64,000 nucleotides of DNA. Source: Octopus sinensis. Its lineage: Eukaryota. The stretch lies in the NCBI RefSeq assembly GCF_006345805.1, contig NW_021832231.1, positions 558,001-622,000 of the forward strand, given 5' to 3'. The position numbers and the translations under genes are program-made. The notes below the pieces were generated by a model. That model did not search any database. It was given only the letters and a program-made list of their open reading frames with translations, and was not told where the DNA came from. Below are positions 40,374 to 52,569 of this stretch, one piece after another (position 1 is the first letter of the stretch; every line of letters begins with the position of its first letter).

Positions 40374-40990
40374 CTAAGATCTTTTATTCTGTAATAATTC
40401 ATTAGCTTCTTCCAAAGATTTTGTAATTTTGGAAAGAGTACCAAAATCTATTTCTAAAGACTCAACGACGTTTGGAGAATTGTCAGAATTGGTTAAAAAG
40501 AAGTCAAGAAGACACGTCGGACGAAAGTTGTCCCTCAAACTACGACTAGCAATCTATTCCATTGTTAACTACTTATTAACCTCAACATTAAATCTCCATT
40601 TTAGAGAATTAAATTCTAAAGTTTTTGGTTCAAAAGATTTGAGATAGACTTCAAAATTCCGTTTATTTCTATCCAAAAAACTGACAATGTTGTCAATTCT
40701 TTCACTCTGAAGTCCAAAGTTTCCCAAAAGTAATTCAATTTTGTTTTTATCAGTCTAAACTAAAAAAACATAATAACGTTGAAGCGATAAAAATCAACAA
40801 GTAAATTGAGTAAAACAGAGCAATAGTTGTCGAGTTTATTTTCTATATTATCAAATCGGAATATCTATATACCCATGTCACAAGTCACATCTTTTTGAAC
40901 TATAATTTGAGACAGTATTTCCATTAATTGAACAAATACTGAATCGTCTAGTTTCGAAATATACATAATGGCCTCATCTGTGGACAACAT
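40374..40990 (-). CDS. COMMD2: COMM domain-containing protein 2
   Basis: Four exons (introns 28, 22, 27 nt); LKWRFNVE|IASRSLRDNFRP..EIDFGTL..ITKSLEEA matches the COMMD2 COMM domain. Confidence 0.8.
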
Positions 40991-43616
40991 GACTTAAAAA
41001 TAATTTAAAATTATATGAAACTCAAAAATTAAAAAAATTATATTTGTTTCATATCAAGAATAGAAAAAGTCGTATTTAATACATACCTTTGTTGTAACTC
41101 AAATCTGAAAAGACTTAAAACGTGAGCCGTTTCCAAATTGTCGGTTGAAGACTAAAACCTGGTGAAAATCCAGCTAGACACAGTTTTGTCGATAAATCAA
41201 TAATTTTTTCACGTGTGAAAGTTAATAACAATTTTAACGTGATAATTATTATAATTTCAATAAATTGTTTCCTTGTAAAATGAGTTTTAATTAATATTTT
41301 GTGTTACACAATATAATGTAAAAATAAACAGAGGTACATTAATTAACAATACAGGAAATTATCATAATCGGCATTGTATAGAATTTAAATTAGAATTGTC
41401 TTTTTTTATAATACAGTTAATAAAATATATTTAAATGTAATGATTTTTAGAACCAAAATTAGTAAGTATTATTAAAATATTTCATTATAAAATTGGATAT
41501 GTTAACTAATTAAACATACAAAATCAACGATTATCTGAAATTTCTAGTTTTTACCACCCGATTTAAAGAAATTTAAATTATTTTTATTCATAAACATAAA
41601 GAATCATAGTCAAGTTAGGTGTTATCAGTATTATTCCGAATCTATTATTTGAATCTCATTCTAAAAAAATCAAATAAGACATATACAGATATTTCAGAAT
41701 CATCTGAAAATTCCATAGAGATCTGATTCAAGCAATACTCACACAATGGTGGCTTTAGTTTGATAGGTGCCCACGTGATATCCCTAGTAGGGTGGATATT
41801 CATTCTTTTAATAATTTTAATATATTTTTCCGTAGTCATACAGTGGCAAGAATCCATGATTATATTATTTTGTAGCGCACTTCGTTTAAATATTGTAGGG
41901 TTACCGTGCGTAATTGATTTTAGCAAAATGTTTTATTTTGATTAGAACTACCTTTGTTTGATACAAATTTGTGAATATTCTCAAATTTCTAACATCAATG
42001 TACACCAGATGTTTACTTTATTATTATCAAAGAAAAATTTCTGCAACATATTTAGAGGAGAGAGCTAATTTTAACTGAAAATATACTATTATGTCATAAT
42101 AAACATAATTCGTTCATTAATATATCAGATTCAAATCGACGCACAGTTTTTTTAACTTATATTAATTTGAAAATGAAAATTTCAGAGTCATGTTAAGTAG
42201 CTGCTCTTTCGAATTGATTTCATGGCATATATCCTCTAATCATAGTATTTTACCTTGAACACTAAGGTACTTAATTATACATTTACAACCACTTGAGAAG
42301 TTATATTTAGTTTAATATTTTTAATATATAATAGATTCGTTATTATTTAGTATATCGTACCGTGCTAAAATAACTAAAAACAGTATGATTCATTTTTAGA
42401 TTTATTTTTAACACATATTTTGCTATCGAATTGTTTTATCGGTAAAGTTAATGAGAATTTGATTAAAAATTGTTAGTCTTTATTAAAAAATAAAAAACAC
42501 GTCTAAATCTAGTAATCGTGATTAAATTAATTAAAAACCTTGAAATTGATGTTTGAAAGCTAAATTATAATTTACTAAATCAAACATTCAGCCAGGAAGC
42601 AGAGATAGAAAAATGCAATGACTGGTATACGTCGATACTTTCGAGTTGGCGTGTGTTTGTGCACTGGACTAAACATCTGCTTCCCTCAAAGTATGAATTT
42701 TCTGGTGGCAAAAATGACTTATTATATCTTGTCTGGAACCCCACTTGTTCCGAATGTTTGCAAGAAGCGGAGTATTTTAAAAAGGAAATATAAAAAAGGA
42801 TATCGGATCTATACCCGTCTCGGCAGTGACCCTGTGCGATTTTTCCGTCAAGAAAATCGGTTTTCTTGTCTAATTAGTACTCCTCTATATGACTGGAGAA
42901 CTTCATTAAATAGCCAAAAATTTTAGTACAAAAATGTTTAGGTATGGGTATGTGAAATGGGAACGTTCGCAATAAATAATTTGAATCTTTTTTTAGATCT
43001 CCTGTTTGTAGTAATAAAGTGAACTGGAACATTGATGGATACACAGACCATATTCTTCAATAAGACACTGAATTATTTTATAGAGGATATTAATTGCTGC
43101 AAAAAATTAAATAAGAAAAGTTTTGGAAATATAAAATTGCATAACGCAGTCTAAACAGAAATAAACAAACGTAAAATTTAACTTAAGCTAGACTATTTAA
43201 TTTAGATTCTCAGTCCCGATTATTGGAAATCTCTCTCCTCCTTTTAGGAGCCATCTCCCCGTCAGATAAATTTTCTATTTGTCTCATAGCTTTCTCAGGC
43301 GTGTCACGTCAGCATGCCACTTCTGAAAGCTGGCAAACAGCAGAGGTGTATTCTTCGACAGATACTCTCACTCCATGTCTGTGTTCAACTACCATGCTTT
43401 CTAGAGTTGGCGCAGTCTAATAGTATTAGTGATAGTCAATATCATAGATTTTATTAGAATTTAAATATAGAAGATTAGTGAGCCGCTAGCATAATTTGAA
43501 AAATATCATTTAAAATATCTATTTTATTTATCATATCATTGAACTAGATATTCCAAATAAATTTATTCAAAACATTTCGTTGTTGTTTTCCCTAACTTAC
43601 AATAGGTACTCTAAGT

Positions 43617-43796
43617 ATGAATGGGAGACTCAAACGCCAATGTGATGAGAAATTTGAAAGCCCAGCCAAGAGAGTCGCTACTCCCGAAGACTTTTCTATT
43701 CCCGAAATTACTTATATTGCACCAAATAAAGGTCCTTATTATGAAATAAATAAATTTCTCCACGATCTTCACATGCAATACTTAAAAAGAAAATGA
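43617..43796 (+). CDS. 59-aa microprotein with VCF/FAM104-like C-terminal helix (not in ORF track)
   Basis: ATG 43617 to TGA 43796: MNGRLKRQCDEKFESPAKRVATPEDFSIPEITYIAPNKGPYYEINKFLHDLHMQYLKRK. Confidence 0.55.
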   Translation: MNGRLKRQCDEKFESPAKRVATPEDFSIPEITYIAPNKGPYYEINKFLHDLHMQYLKRK

Positions 43797-43824
43797 CATT
43801 CATTTTGTTTATAAATTGTTCTCT

Positions 43825-44183
43825 TTATACATATCTAATATATATTTGTACACGGGGGGAGTTCGCAGTAGGTTTGTAATGCTGATTGCCTCCTCCACTT
43901 GAGGACTCACAAAGACCCTTCCGCCGTTTTGGAGTGCTTCTTTGATCTCATTGATCCTTGTTTGAGAGGCGGTCTCTCTTATCTTTCGTTTGTTGTGATG
44001 GCCGCTAAGAATTATAAGTAGAAATGACTTTTGATTTATTCCGTTATAAGGCCGTTTTTCTGAAATGGGAAATATGTCGGGACTGGCAAAACAAGCAGGG
44101 CGTTTTTGGTTGTTATGACTGTATTAATAATGATAATAAATTTAGTACTAGTCTTGTTCAAGTTTTCTTTTAAAACCGTGCAT
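43825..44183 (-). CDS. Hypothetical about 100-aa protein, 2 micro-introns
   Basis: MHGFKRKLEQDY|HNNQKRP...NQ|NGHHNKRKIRE...TPPVYKYIRYV with 30-nt and 24-nt GT-AG introns in phase. Confidence 0.55.
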
Positions 44184-45414
44184 TTTTATGTAGTGGAGGA
44201 CCACAAAGGTAAGTTTAAATTCAAATAATCATTCATTATTTTTCAGAAAAAAATCTCATTAAAATTTAATTTTTGTATAAAAAAATCATTTTAAATTGTA
44301 CAAATTGATTAAAGTTTAGAAGTTGCGAAAATTTACAAATATTTCTGGTAAAACGGAATTCTGGTAAAATTTATTTTATGACATCTTACATGAAATAGCT
44401 TCATTTTCTGATTAAGTATTTATATCGACAGGACAATTACACAATTGGAAAAATATTTTCTGATAATTACAATTTTTTTTCCTAGTTGTATTTTATTATT
44501 CCAAATGAAAACAAATTAATTACAATTACAGCTTTATGGCACAAAGTAGTCCCAATATTAAGAAAATAAGTAATAGCACTTTTTTCATTCTAATCAATAA
44601 ATTAACATAAAAATCTATAAATTTGTGCGCAGTGGGGGATAGTGCATTAATTTTTTAGTGAAAAGTTGATTGCAGACAATATGAGTAAAAATAATAACCA
44701 AAACATAATTTGGTTCTAAATTTAGTCATTTATCAAGAATTAGTTTAGAAAATTATTTATTTAGTAATTTATAGAAATACGGTGTAATATTATACAAAAA
44801 TAATCAAATTATAGAAAATAGGAGAACGTAACTACTTTCATTTCTTACGTAAAATAGTAAATTTGTGAAATTTTTTAAAATTCACCAATGTATATTGTCA
44901 TTACAAAATTAGGTATACTACGCATTTGTCGCCGTTCTTCGGCTTGGGAATTCCGAAAACAAATTTGTATCTTAATCATACAAAATAGAATTTTAACCGC
45001 CTTATGGGGAAATTCTAATTTTTTAAAACTTTTTCTGTTCTTTCATAATTATAAATTTTGATAGGTCATAGCGCCTATAAAGTACAGCATGTTGCCCTTG
45101 TGTAAAGACGTATCTTTTATTGGCTTCTCTTAACTTCCATCATCACCTAGTTTCATAAAATATAAGATTCTTACTTTTAGGAAATGAAATTTTCGCCTTT
45201 ATTTCATCATTTATTGCAATGATTTTAGTGAATCCAAATTCAACGTAAGAATCCGACAAAAGACGACAATTTTGTCAAACATAAGTAGAATGATAAGCCA
45301 GACTAACCAAATCAGGTTAATTTTAATGTTTTTGTTTATACTTAATTACACAATTAGTTTTAATCTTAATATATTTTTATTTTTTCCAAATTCCTAGGAC
45401 CCACTAAAAAATTT

Positions 45415-45448
45415 TTTGGGATCACGGTTGAAAACAGCTGGTCTAGTA
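45415..45448 (+). mobile_element. Isolated hAT (Charlie/Buster-type) right terminus
   Basis: GGGATCACGGTTGAAAACAGCTG followed by GTCTAGTA (nnnTAnnn-type 8-mer); left end not found. Confidence 0.45.
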
Positions 45449-45674
45449 AGTCCTACCATCCGCATACTTTCACGCTTTGTTATGTAAACTTAAAAAACTG
45501 AAAACTTCAAAGAAAAAAACCTTAACTACTAACTATGTGGCTTACACATGCGTAGTTTAGGCACTTGCGTGCCTCGGCTATGCGCAAGTGCTCATACTAA
45601 TAATCAATAGAAGAAAATAAGGAATAAAATTTGTAGTATACAAAAGAAACGTGTTAGTTGATAAAAAATGGAAA

Positions 45675-46730
45675 TTAAGATTCGCCAGTCGTCACACCGC
45701 GGATAGCAAGCGAGTTACCTCGCAGGATTGCTATCGATACCCTCTGGTACAGCCAGCTGGTTTCCCTGGAGTCATTTGTCTTCTTTCCAATGAGCTTCCC
45801 GATTGACGAAAGAATCCTCATTTCCTCGGGCCCAATCACGTCCCTCGTCTTCACGGCGATTGGGACGAAGTGGTACGCGTCAGGAACCAACGTGTATTTC
45901 CTCCGTTTGTTTTCCTTGGCACGGCGAGACGCAAAGCAGACTGAGTAACGGTCACCGGTGCAAAGGTGTCCGCACAGATTTCATCTTATAAGAGAAACTT
46001 CCCCTCGCTGAATGGGAAGATTGTCATTTCGTCCGGACGCTTGCCATCTCCGCCATCAAGACCTTCAAAACCGAAGCATTAAAGCTCCATTTGACGACGT
46101 TGTTCAAACTGAGTGTCTTGGGGTACGTCCAGCGCTCAACCGGCAGAAAAGAGGGTAGAGTGGCAAAGTGGGATTCCGAGTTGTGGACAGGTTCCGAGTC
46201 GAACTGATTCATTATACAAGAGTAAATCGGTAGAGGATAGTTGGATGGAATTTAACAAGTCCCTGAGTGTGGTTGGGCGGGTGCGTTTATTTCAATTTGA
46301 TCGGAGCTTGTTTTCAAAAATTCCACGATTTCTCTACACCGAATGGAACCCAAACATTTTTGAAATTTGAAAATGATCGTGAATGGCAAGACCAGATGCA
46401 GTCCAAACTTTGAAGGCAAAAAAATTCAGTCAGTTTGAAATGTTTCTGAGAGAAAAAAACAGAATTAATAAAATTTCTGGATGTCGATAGGTAAGATAGG
46501 TAGAGGGGCAGAAAGATGTCAATCCACGAGCGGACAATACCATTGAATCGTACAGGTAACATTGCACGAGTAAGTTTGTTTCGAAAGAAGTCAACATTGG
46601 TAATTTCTCGAAAGACTTCTAAATGATAGAATCCAGGTAAAACAAGTCGGGTTTCCGGAAACACGGGAATGAGCAAAGTAAATAGGTGAGAGGCAGATGG
46701 GGAAGAAAATAAGTGTATCAGGAACATTTA
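45675..46730 (-). mobile_element. Degenerate CRE-clade element (RT C-terminus, Zn finger, RLE)
   Basis: FREITNV..AMLPVR, CRLSAGRTPRH, GLDGGDGKRPD, FVPIAVKT..VIGP, WLYQRVSIAILRGNS. Confidence 0.8.
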
Positions 46731-46991
46731 AATCATCAAATATTGTCAATATGGCGAAAGATGGCAAACATCATATACACTTATAGGCACTAAACCAACA
46801 AGGCTATTTTAGAACAATTATTTTTTGGATTACTTTTACGACTGTTTAAACAAATAGATTATGAGTAAATTTTGATGAATATATTTCCTATATCAAAAAA
46901 CTGATTCCTTACTAAGGTGACAGCACAACCAATATGATATATTAATCAAAGTCAAAAATTATTACTAGCACTACGCCGTCATGAAAAAGAA

Positions 46992-47057
46992 TGTGCAACA
47001 CAATAGGTCAGAACTCTGGACATTTTGCTCCATTTTGTTCGATTCCAAGCCGCGTCG
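46992..47057 (+). pseudogene. tRNA(Gln)-like decayed sequence or SINE head
   Basis: AATAGGTCAGAACTCTGGAC resembles the tRNA-Gln D/anticodon arm; TGGA/TCCA stem; B-box-like GTTCGATTCC; no acceptor stem. Confidence 0.3.
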
Positions 47058-47352
47058 GTTAACATTTCGAGATCCTCTCTCCATCTTTAAGATTCCTTTT
47101 AAATGATTTTATAGTCCTTATTACAACTTGCAATTTTATCGTTGGTTACCCCATAAAGCTTTGTGCGCGAGGGTATCTATATTCATTTTAATTATTAAAG
47201 CAATCTCGCGGAATCAAAAAGTTAATTAAGATTCCATATTCATTTTAATGACGTGCTAAAAATGAATAAACTTTTAATAATTTATATTTTTAGTAATTTG
47301 CATTATAAAAATTTTTTGGAATGAATAAAAGTATAACGATTAGGTCTCATAA

Positions 47353-48904
47353 ATGTTTTCGTTGATAACTATAAAAGAAGCAAATTATTTGCTCATTTTC
47401 GGCATCTGCATATTATGCGGTTATTTTGGAAGATTTGTCCCCGCTGGAACGCCAAGATTTGCATTTTATGGAATATTAGGAGGGCTTGGAATAATAGCAT
47501 CATCTCAAATCTATTTCTTTGTAATAAGCACTATGTTTATTGGTAATTATCTCATTCTAAAGAGAGCCAAACAAAAGTACTATTAGTAATATATATTCAG
47601 ATATTTAACATTAGCAAGTTTTCTGTGGTCGTTCTCTGTGGTGGGTGTGCTTAGATTTGCCATTGCCCTCGGTCTGTGCGAGTACTCTGAGTTTGGGAAT
47701 GTGGCCCTCCTGTTGACTACTCTTCGTGTAGAGAATGGTCTTTACTTTCTAGGTCATTTCCTCTGCCTTTGAAATTTCTGACTTGGCTAAACTTGTCGGT
47801 AAAAAATCGCAATCTCAGTATTGGCGAATACAGCGAAAGTCTGACATGAAAATCGACTGTTTGGATGTTCTCGAACCTAACAGATTTAGCCAGAATTTTG
47901 TTTCGTTGGATTTTTGGAAACTTTTGAGCTACACATTTTCACTAATTGGGTTATTCAGTGGTATGTTTTATCACTTTATGTATTAAAGGACCGTTTTATA
48001 CCTACCGGTGTTTCTGTCATATGATTCACCGAGTTGACTACTCTCAAATATCCTTAAAAACACATTTTTATCCCAGAGTGAAGACAGTCTGTATTAGTAT
48101 ACTACTTTATATAATTCTAAACCACATATTCCCTCAGCAGGTAAACGTTAAAATTGTAATTTTAGTTTATGGTCAGTCAAAATTTTCTAGAATCTTCTTT
48201 TGCTTATAAATTTGTGTATATAAACCTAGTTTTCACATGTTTTCGATTACAATTTTACATAGGATGGACTATTGCTGAACTGGCATGTGTAATGTGTGGC
48301 CTTGGAGCTTATCCGACGAGGAGTGTCCCCAGGAATGGTCATGGTCCCACTAAGTTTGATGAGACGGAGGGACCGATCAATTTCGAGACTATAGAGAGCC
48401 TGGATATTTGGAAATGTGAGACAGTCTCCACAGTTAAGGAAGCATTGGTTGTTTGGAATAAGACAGTTCAGTGGTGGCTGGTGTATGTTGTGTATTCTCG
48501 TGTTAAATTGTATTTTTTAATGTTCTATTGCCAGTCAACGGCGTTTTTTGACTGCACTTGTCAGCTGTTTTTGGCATGGAGTTCATTCTGGTTATTATTT
48601 GTCGATGCTTTATTCCCCACTATGTGTTTTGGTGGAGATTTTTACTGTCCCTCTGCTTCTGGAAATCGTGCCCAAATCGTTAAATTGGGTGGTCTATTGG
48701 TTTGTTGTGCTGTTTTTTGTATTTAGTTTACTTTGGATTAATCGGATTTGCCAATTTAGTTTCATGTCAGTCGCCTTTAGTTTACTTGAATATCACCATA
48801 TTCTTACTGTGTGGAGCTCTATGTATTTTTTTGCCCCGATTTTGTTGGGAATTTTATTGATTCAGGGAATTCTGATAAGAATGTTCAAAAAATTATTAAA
48901 ATGA
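47353..48904 (+). CDS. MBOAT7: Lysophosphatidylinositol acyltransferase (LPIAT1)
   Basis: FRLQFYIGW..AE..C...GLGAYP...GHGPT, WNKTVQWWL, SCFWHGVHSGYY with catalytic His; many TM segments. Confidence 0.92.
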
Positions 48905-49276
48905 GAAATTAGGTGTCACCTTCTAATTATCTTTATATAAATTTAAAATTGTCATTTCGGTTCATTATTTTAGATTTAACTATTTTTAATAATTTGATTG
49001 TTTTAAAATTCATTGATGTTTGCCTTCCTATTAACGTTGAAAACCTAGGTAGATTTTATTCAGATGCTGAGTGTTTTTTGCCTTCTTTTTTAAGCCAACT
49101 TTTCCAATTCTTAACTTATTTGTGCGAATGGTCTTTTTCTGTTGTCATCTCACCTCAATATACGTCAATATTTCTCATTTCGGATTGCGATCTGATTTGT
49201 TCGATCCGCCAATATGTCCTTGAATTCAATCTTAGATAATTGTACTATTTGATAATAACTACAAGTTAATTAATTA

Positions 49277-49585
49277 AAAGCTTCATGGGCGGGAAGCCGA
49301 CGCGATCGAGAAAGAATTAGAGCGTACTATCGCAAGGGATATCCGCTCGAAAAACCATCTCGATTCGCGGGCGTCGCCTGTGATAGCAGACATGCGGGAC
49401 CCGATCTCCTGAACGAAGCTGATTGCCTTACTGCCCAAGGAACCGGAAGTCTCAACCGCGAATGGAAGGAATTGGAACTTCTCCGTAAGTGAGGAGTACT
49501 TCCGCATCTTTTTGCATTCCGCGGTTGTGACAATAGATCCAGGAGCGGAGGCGGACATCAGCAGGTTCTGAGGCAAGTTCAGTTA
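49277..49585 (-). mobile_element. CRE-type 3' fragment, young family copy B
   Basis: Only a handful of substitutions versus 4893-5158 over about 240 bp; same 3' end CCATGAAGCTTT. Confidence 0.85.
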
Positions 49586-49838
49586 GAATGTTCTTGAGGA
49601 GGACCTTAAAAATTCGATTTATTGGCTTAATTCTAATAGAGTCATCTCAAAAAATAATCATTTAAAAGTCAAATTGCTATTCTATTAATATCATTCAAAA
49701 TATGTATATTATATTAATATTGATAGCTTTTACAAGGAATAAAAGAAATATTTATTTTTATTATAATAGAATAATTTATTTTTATAAATAATATTTTTTC
49801 AATCAATTCTATCAAACATTTTTTTGTTGTCCTACAAG

Positions 49839-51936
49839 ATGCCTCAGAGTTTTACAAATCCTCTGCAAAGATTACGAAAAAATCGAACAAACTGTAAACT
49901 TTTGAATTAATTGTATGCAGCAAATGGAGATATCGATATGAGAACATCAACACTGCGTACAACCAACAACCCCTTCCCTCATGCATTCAACAAGTAAAAA
50001 CAGTCCCTTCACAATCATCCTTACAGGAATCAACGTGGAAGAAGCAACAAAAATAGCAGAGGTAATTCAGTCAATTCTTTTTATTCAAAATAGGAGGATT
50101 CCGGAACAACGAATCGACGTTTGGACTCAGTGAGTTCAGATCAAACTTCGAAAATGCGGAGAAACGTCGCCTCGAAGATCCCCACTGGAAGCAAGTTGTA
50201 ACAAACTTGATAACCAAACGATACAACCCAACTTCAAATTATTTGGATTTATCACACTTATCATCTGATCCCGGTTATTAATTCTTCTGAATGAAGTCAG
50301 ATCTCACAAATGCCCAACTGACAGTAAACATATCACTACAGGGCGACGTTGGAGCAATTTTCAAAGTAGTAATGCAAGTCGTAAAGGATGTATGGACTAA
50401 TCATGACCAAAATTCTATTTAGCCTACAATCTTAAGTCTAAGTGGAAATGTCATCAACAATCTTGGCCCAATATCCCATTTTTTACGAAGATTCAAGAAC
50501 TTGACCAAGCTCAACCTTGCAGACAACAATGTAAGAATTCATTTTGGACACGGAAATGCCGTGTTGTGTTTGTAGTTACACCTGAAATGCAGGCGTTTGC
50601 TTTAAAATAGTCTTATTTAAACTCGAGAAATAATTATTTTGATATTAGGGTGGTTTGGGGGCTTTTTTGTGATTAAATTAATTATTTTAGATCGACAACG
50701 TGTCTCAAGTGAGGAGATTGTCATTCCTCAAGTTGGATGAGTTACTGTTGAGGAATAACCCACTCTCGGAGTTGATCAGAGACAACTACGTCGGGTTGGT
50801 ACTTTTTCCCGAATCGTAGAGTTCTCCGACGAATTTTTCCAACATTGAAAATACTGGTTTTTAAGTTGTATGTAATTTTAGGATAACTCCGAATTGCCCG
50901 TAGAGAGGAGTCTTGAAGTCAAAGTTACGAGGCCTTTGCCCGAATCACGAGTTTGCTGATTATAGTCATTTCCAGTTCACATGCTGTAGTAATACAGAAT
51001 TGGCGAAGTCTGTCGGGAATTTCATTAATCAGTCGCTCGAATTTTGTTAACTTGTTAGATATTTCTCGTTTTTTGATGCTGGAAATATCACAGCGTTGAG
51101 AGAGGCATATCATAGTGACGCAATACTTACTTTTTCTGCCAATTCTTACCGTTGCCATGGGTTTTGTTGGTTTGGGTGATTATGTTAGTTTGATGCCGGA
51201 TGTATATATATCGAATAGTCGGAATATGAAATTCTTTTCTGCCGACGATCGTATTGTCATATTTTAAGAGCTTTAAGGCCGTAAAGACAAAGTCACGTTC
51301 GTCGGAAGATCTGAAATTGGAAATTTTCTTCAGAAACTTCCAATTTCTAAGCACAATGCTGTCACATTTGACCTGAACTTGGAATCGGTTTATTGCTTCC
51401 GTCATAAACATTAGACTGGGTTTGCACTCTTCACTGTTTCTGGTGATGTTTATGATAGTATGTCCCTCTTTTATTACTTCTAGTTGCCTCGGAGGTATCA
51501 TTTCTGTTCATTCGGACGTACTGTGTTGTGCCTAATATGGTCAATAACGGGTTGATTGACGTGTTGATAGTGCCAGATTCTTCATTATAAACGAGCAGAT
51601 AAGTATTTGTAAGGCGCCGCAAAAGAAAGTTGTGAAGAACGTGGTTTGGCGTGATGTGGTTTTAGTGAGTAGCCTTCCACGACACCCAATGTATCTCGAG
51701 ATTTACAGAATTTGTCGAGAAGTGAATTGGAAATGGTTACTACCTTCTCTAAGAATACGGGAATGGTTGTTCGGTATGCACTTGAGTACGAGTTTGTGAG
51801 TAATCGGTAGTTGTCTGATTGGGAATAAGTGGGATGTGACACGTGCATTGTATGATTTTAATCAACTTAAGGTTGGTTTTTGGATGCCTTATTTTAGGCC
51901 GATAATTTAATTCCGAGTGATGCTTTTATTAGCTAA
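49839..51936 (+). CDS. NXF1: Nuclear RNA export factor 1 (TAP): LRR, NTF2-like and UBA domains
   Basis: KRYNP..YLDLSHLSSDP, LKLDELLLRNNPL, FPTLKILD, YISNSRNM, FLQKLPISKH, UBA FSKNTGM..YA.DCL..NKWD..A..DF..LK...IP.DAF; many micro-introns plus one 160-nt intron. Confidence 0.93.
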
Positions 51937-52569
51937 TATTTTTTGTTCATTTACTTTTGCAATGTTTAACTATTTCTTTTTTTATTTGTTTTTAATTTGA
52001 AATTGAGTTTCGTCTAATAAATTGACCAATCAGAATTAATTTAGGCTAAGCTAGTTTTACGTATCTATACATTTTTTGTTGTTTAGAAAGATGTTCGAAT
52101 TTCTCCACATATCAAGAAAGAAAATTTAGAAAAACTTTTTTGATTGGCAATTTCATATCGAAATTCGCTGACTCTCACGAGGTAAAGCCTTTGAATTAAA
52201 AGAAGTAAAATTACTTCTTCATGAATATAATCATGATTTTCACAATATTTGAAATCACATAAATTTATACAGATGCTGGCTTATTTGACCGACATTTTTA
52301 TTCACATGAATAATTTGAGTTAATCTTTTCAAGATACAGATGTTAACATACTCAACTGGCTGCATTCAAAAATAAATCATCTCTTCAGCGTCGGCGAATA
52401 GAAACATAAAATCTCACGACTTTTTTAATCTAAGTAAAGGTGGTCGACAATTCAATGAATCTTACTCTTTGTAAAGAAATTATGTCTCATTTAGAAGTAT
52501 TGCCTACATCTTTTGTGAAATATATTGTAACAGATCTAAATATTTCGAATAACGTATCTCAATTGCACT

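Noticed and set aside
41560-42250. Possible minus-strand gene around ORF 41645-41926
   Set aside because: Could not build an in-phase exon chain without stops and recognised no family.
42618-43420. ORFs 42618-42926 and 43223-43420; faint integrase-like and R4-tail-like words on the minus strand
   Set aside because: No continuous motif set or splice-consistent model; left unannotated.
34140-46983. Shared 14-mer TACGCCGTCATGAA at 34140 and 46970
   Set aside because: Matches of this length are expected by chance in 64 kb, and the flanks do not align.
50925-51848. Minus-strand ORFs first read as a gag-like retroelement
   Set aside because: Fully explained as the antisense of spliced NXF1 exons.
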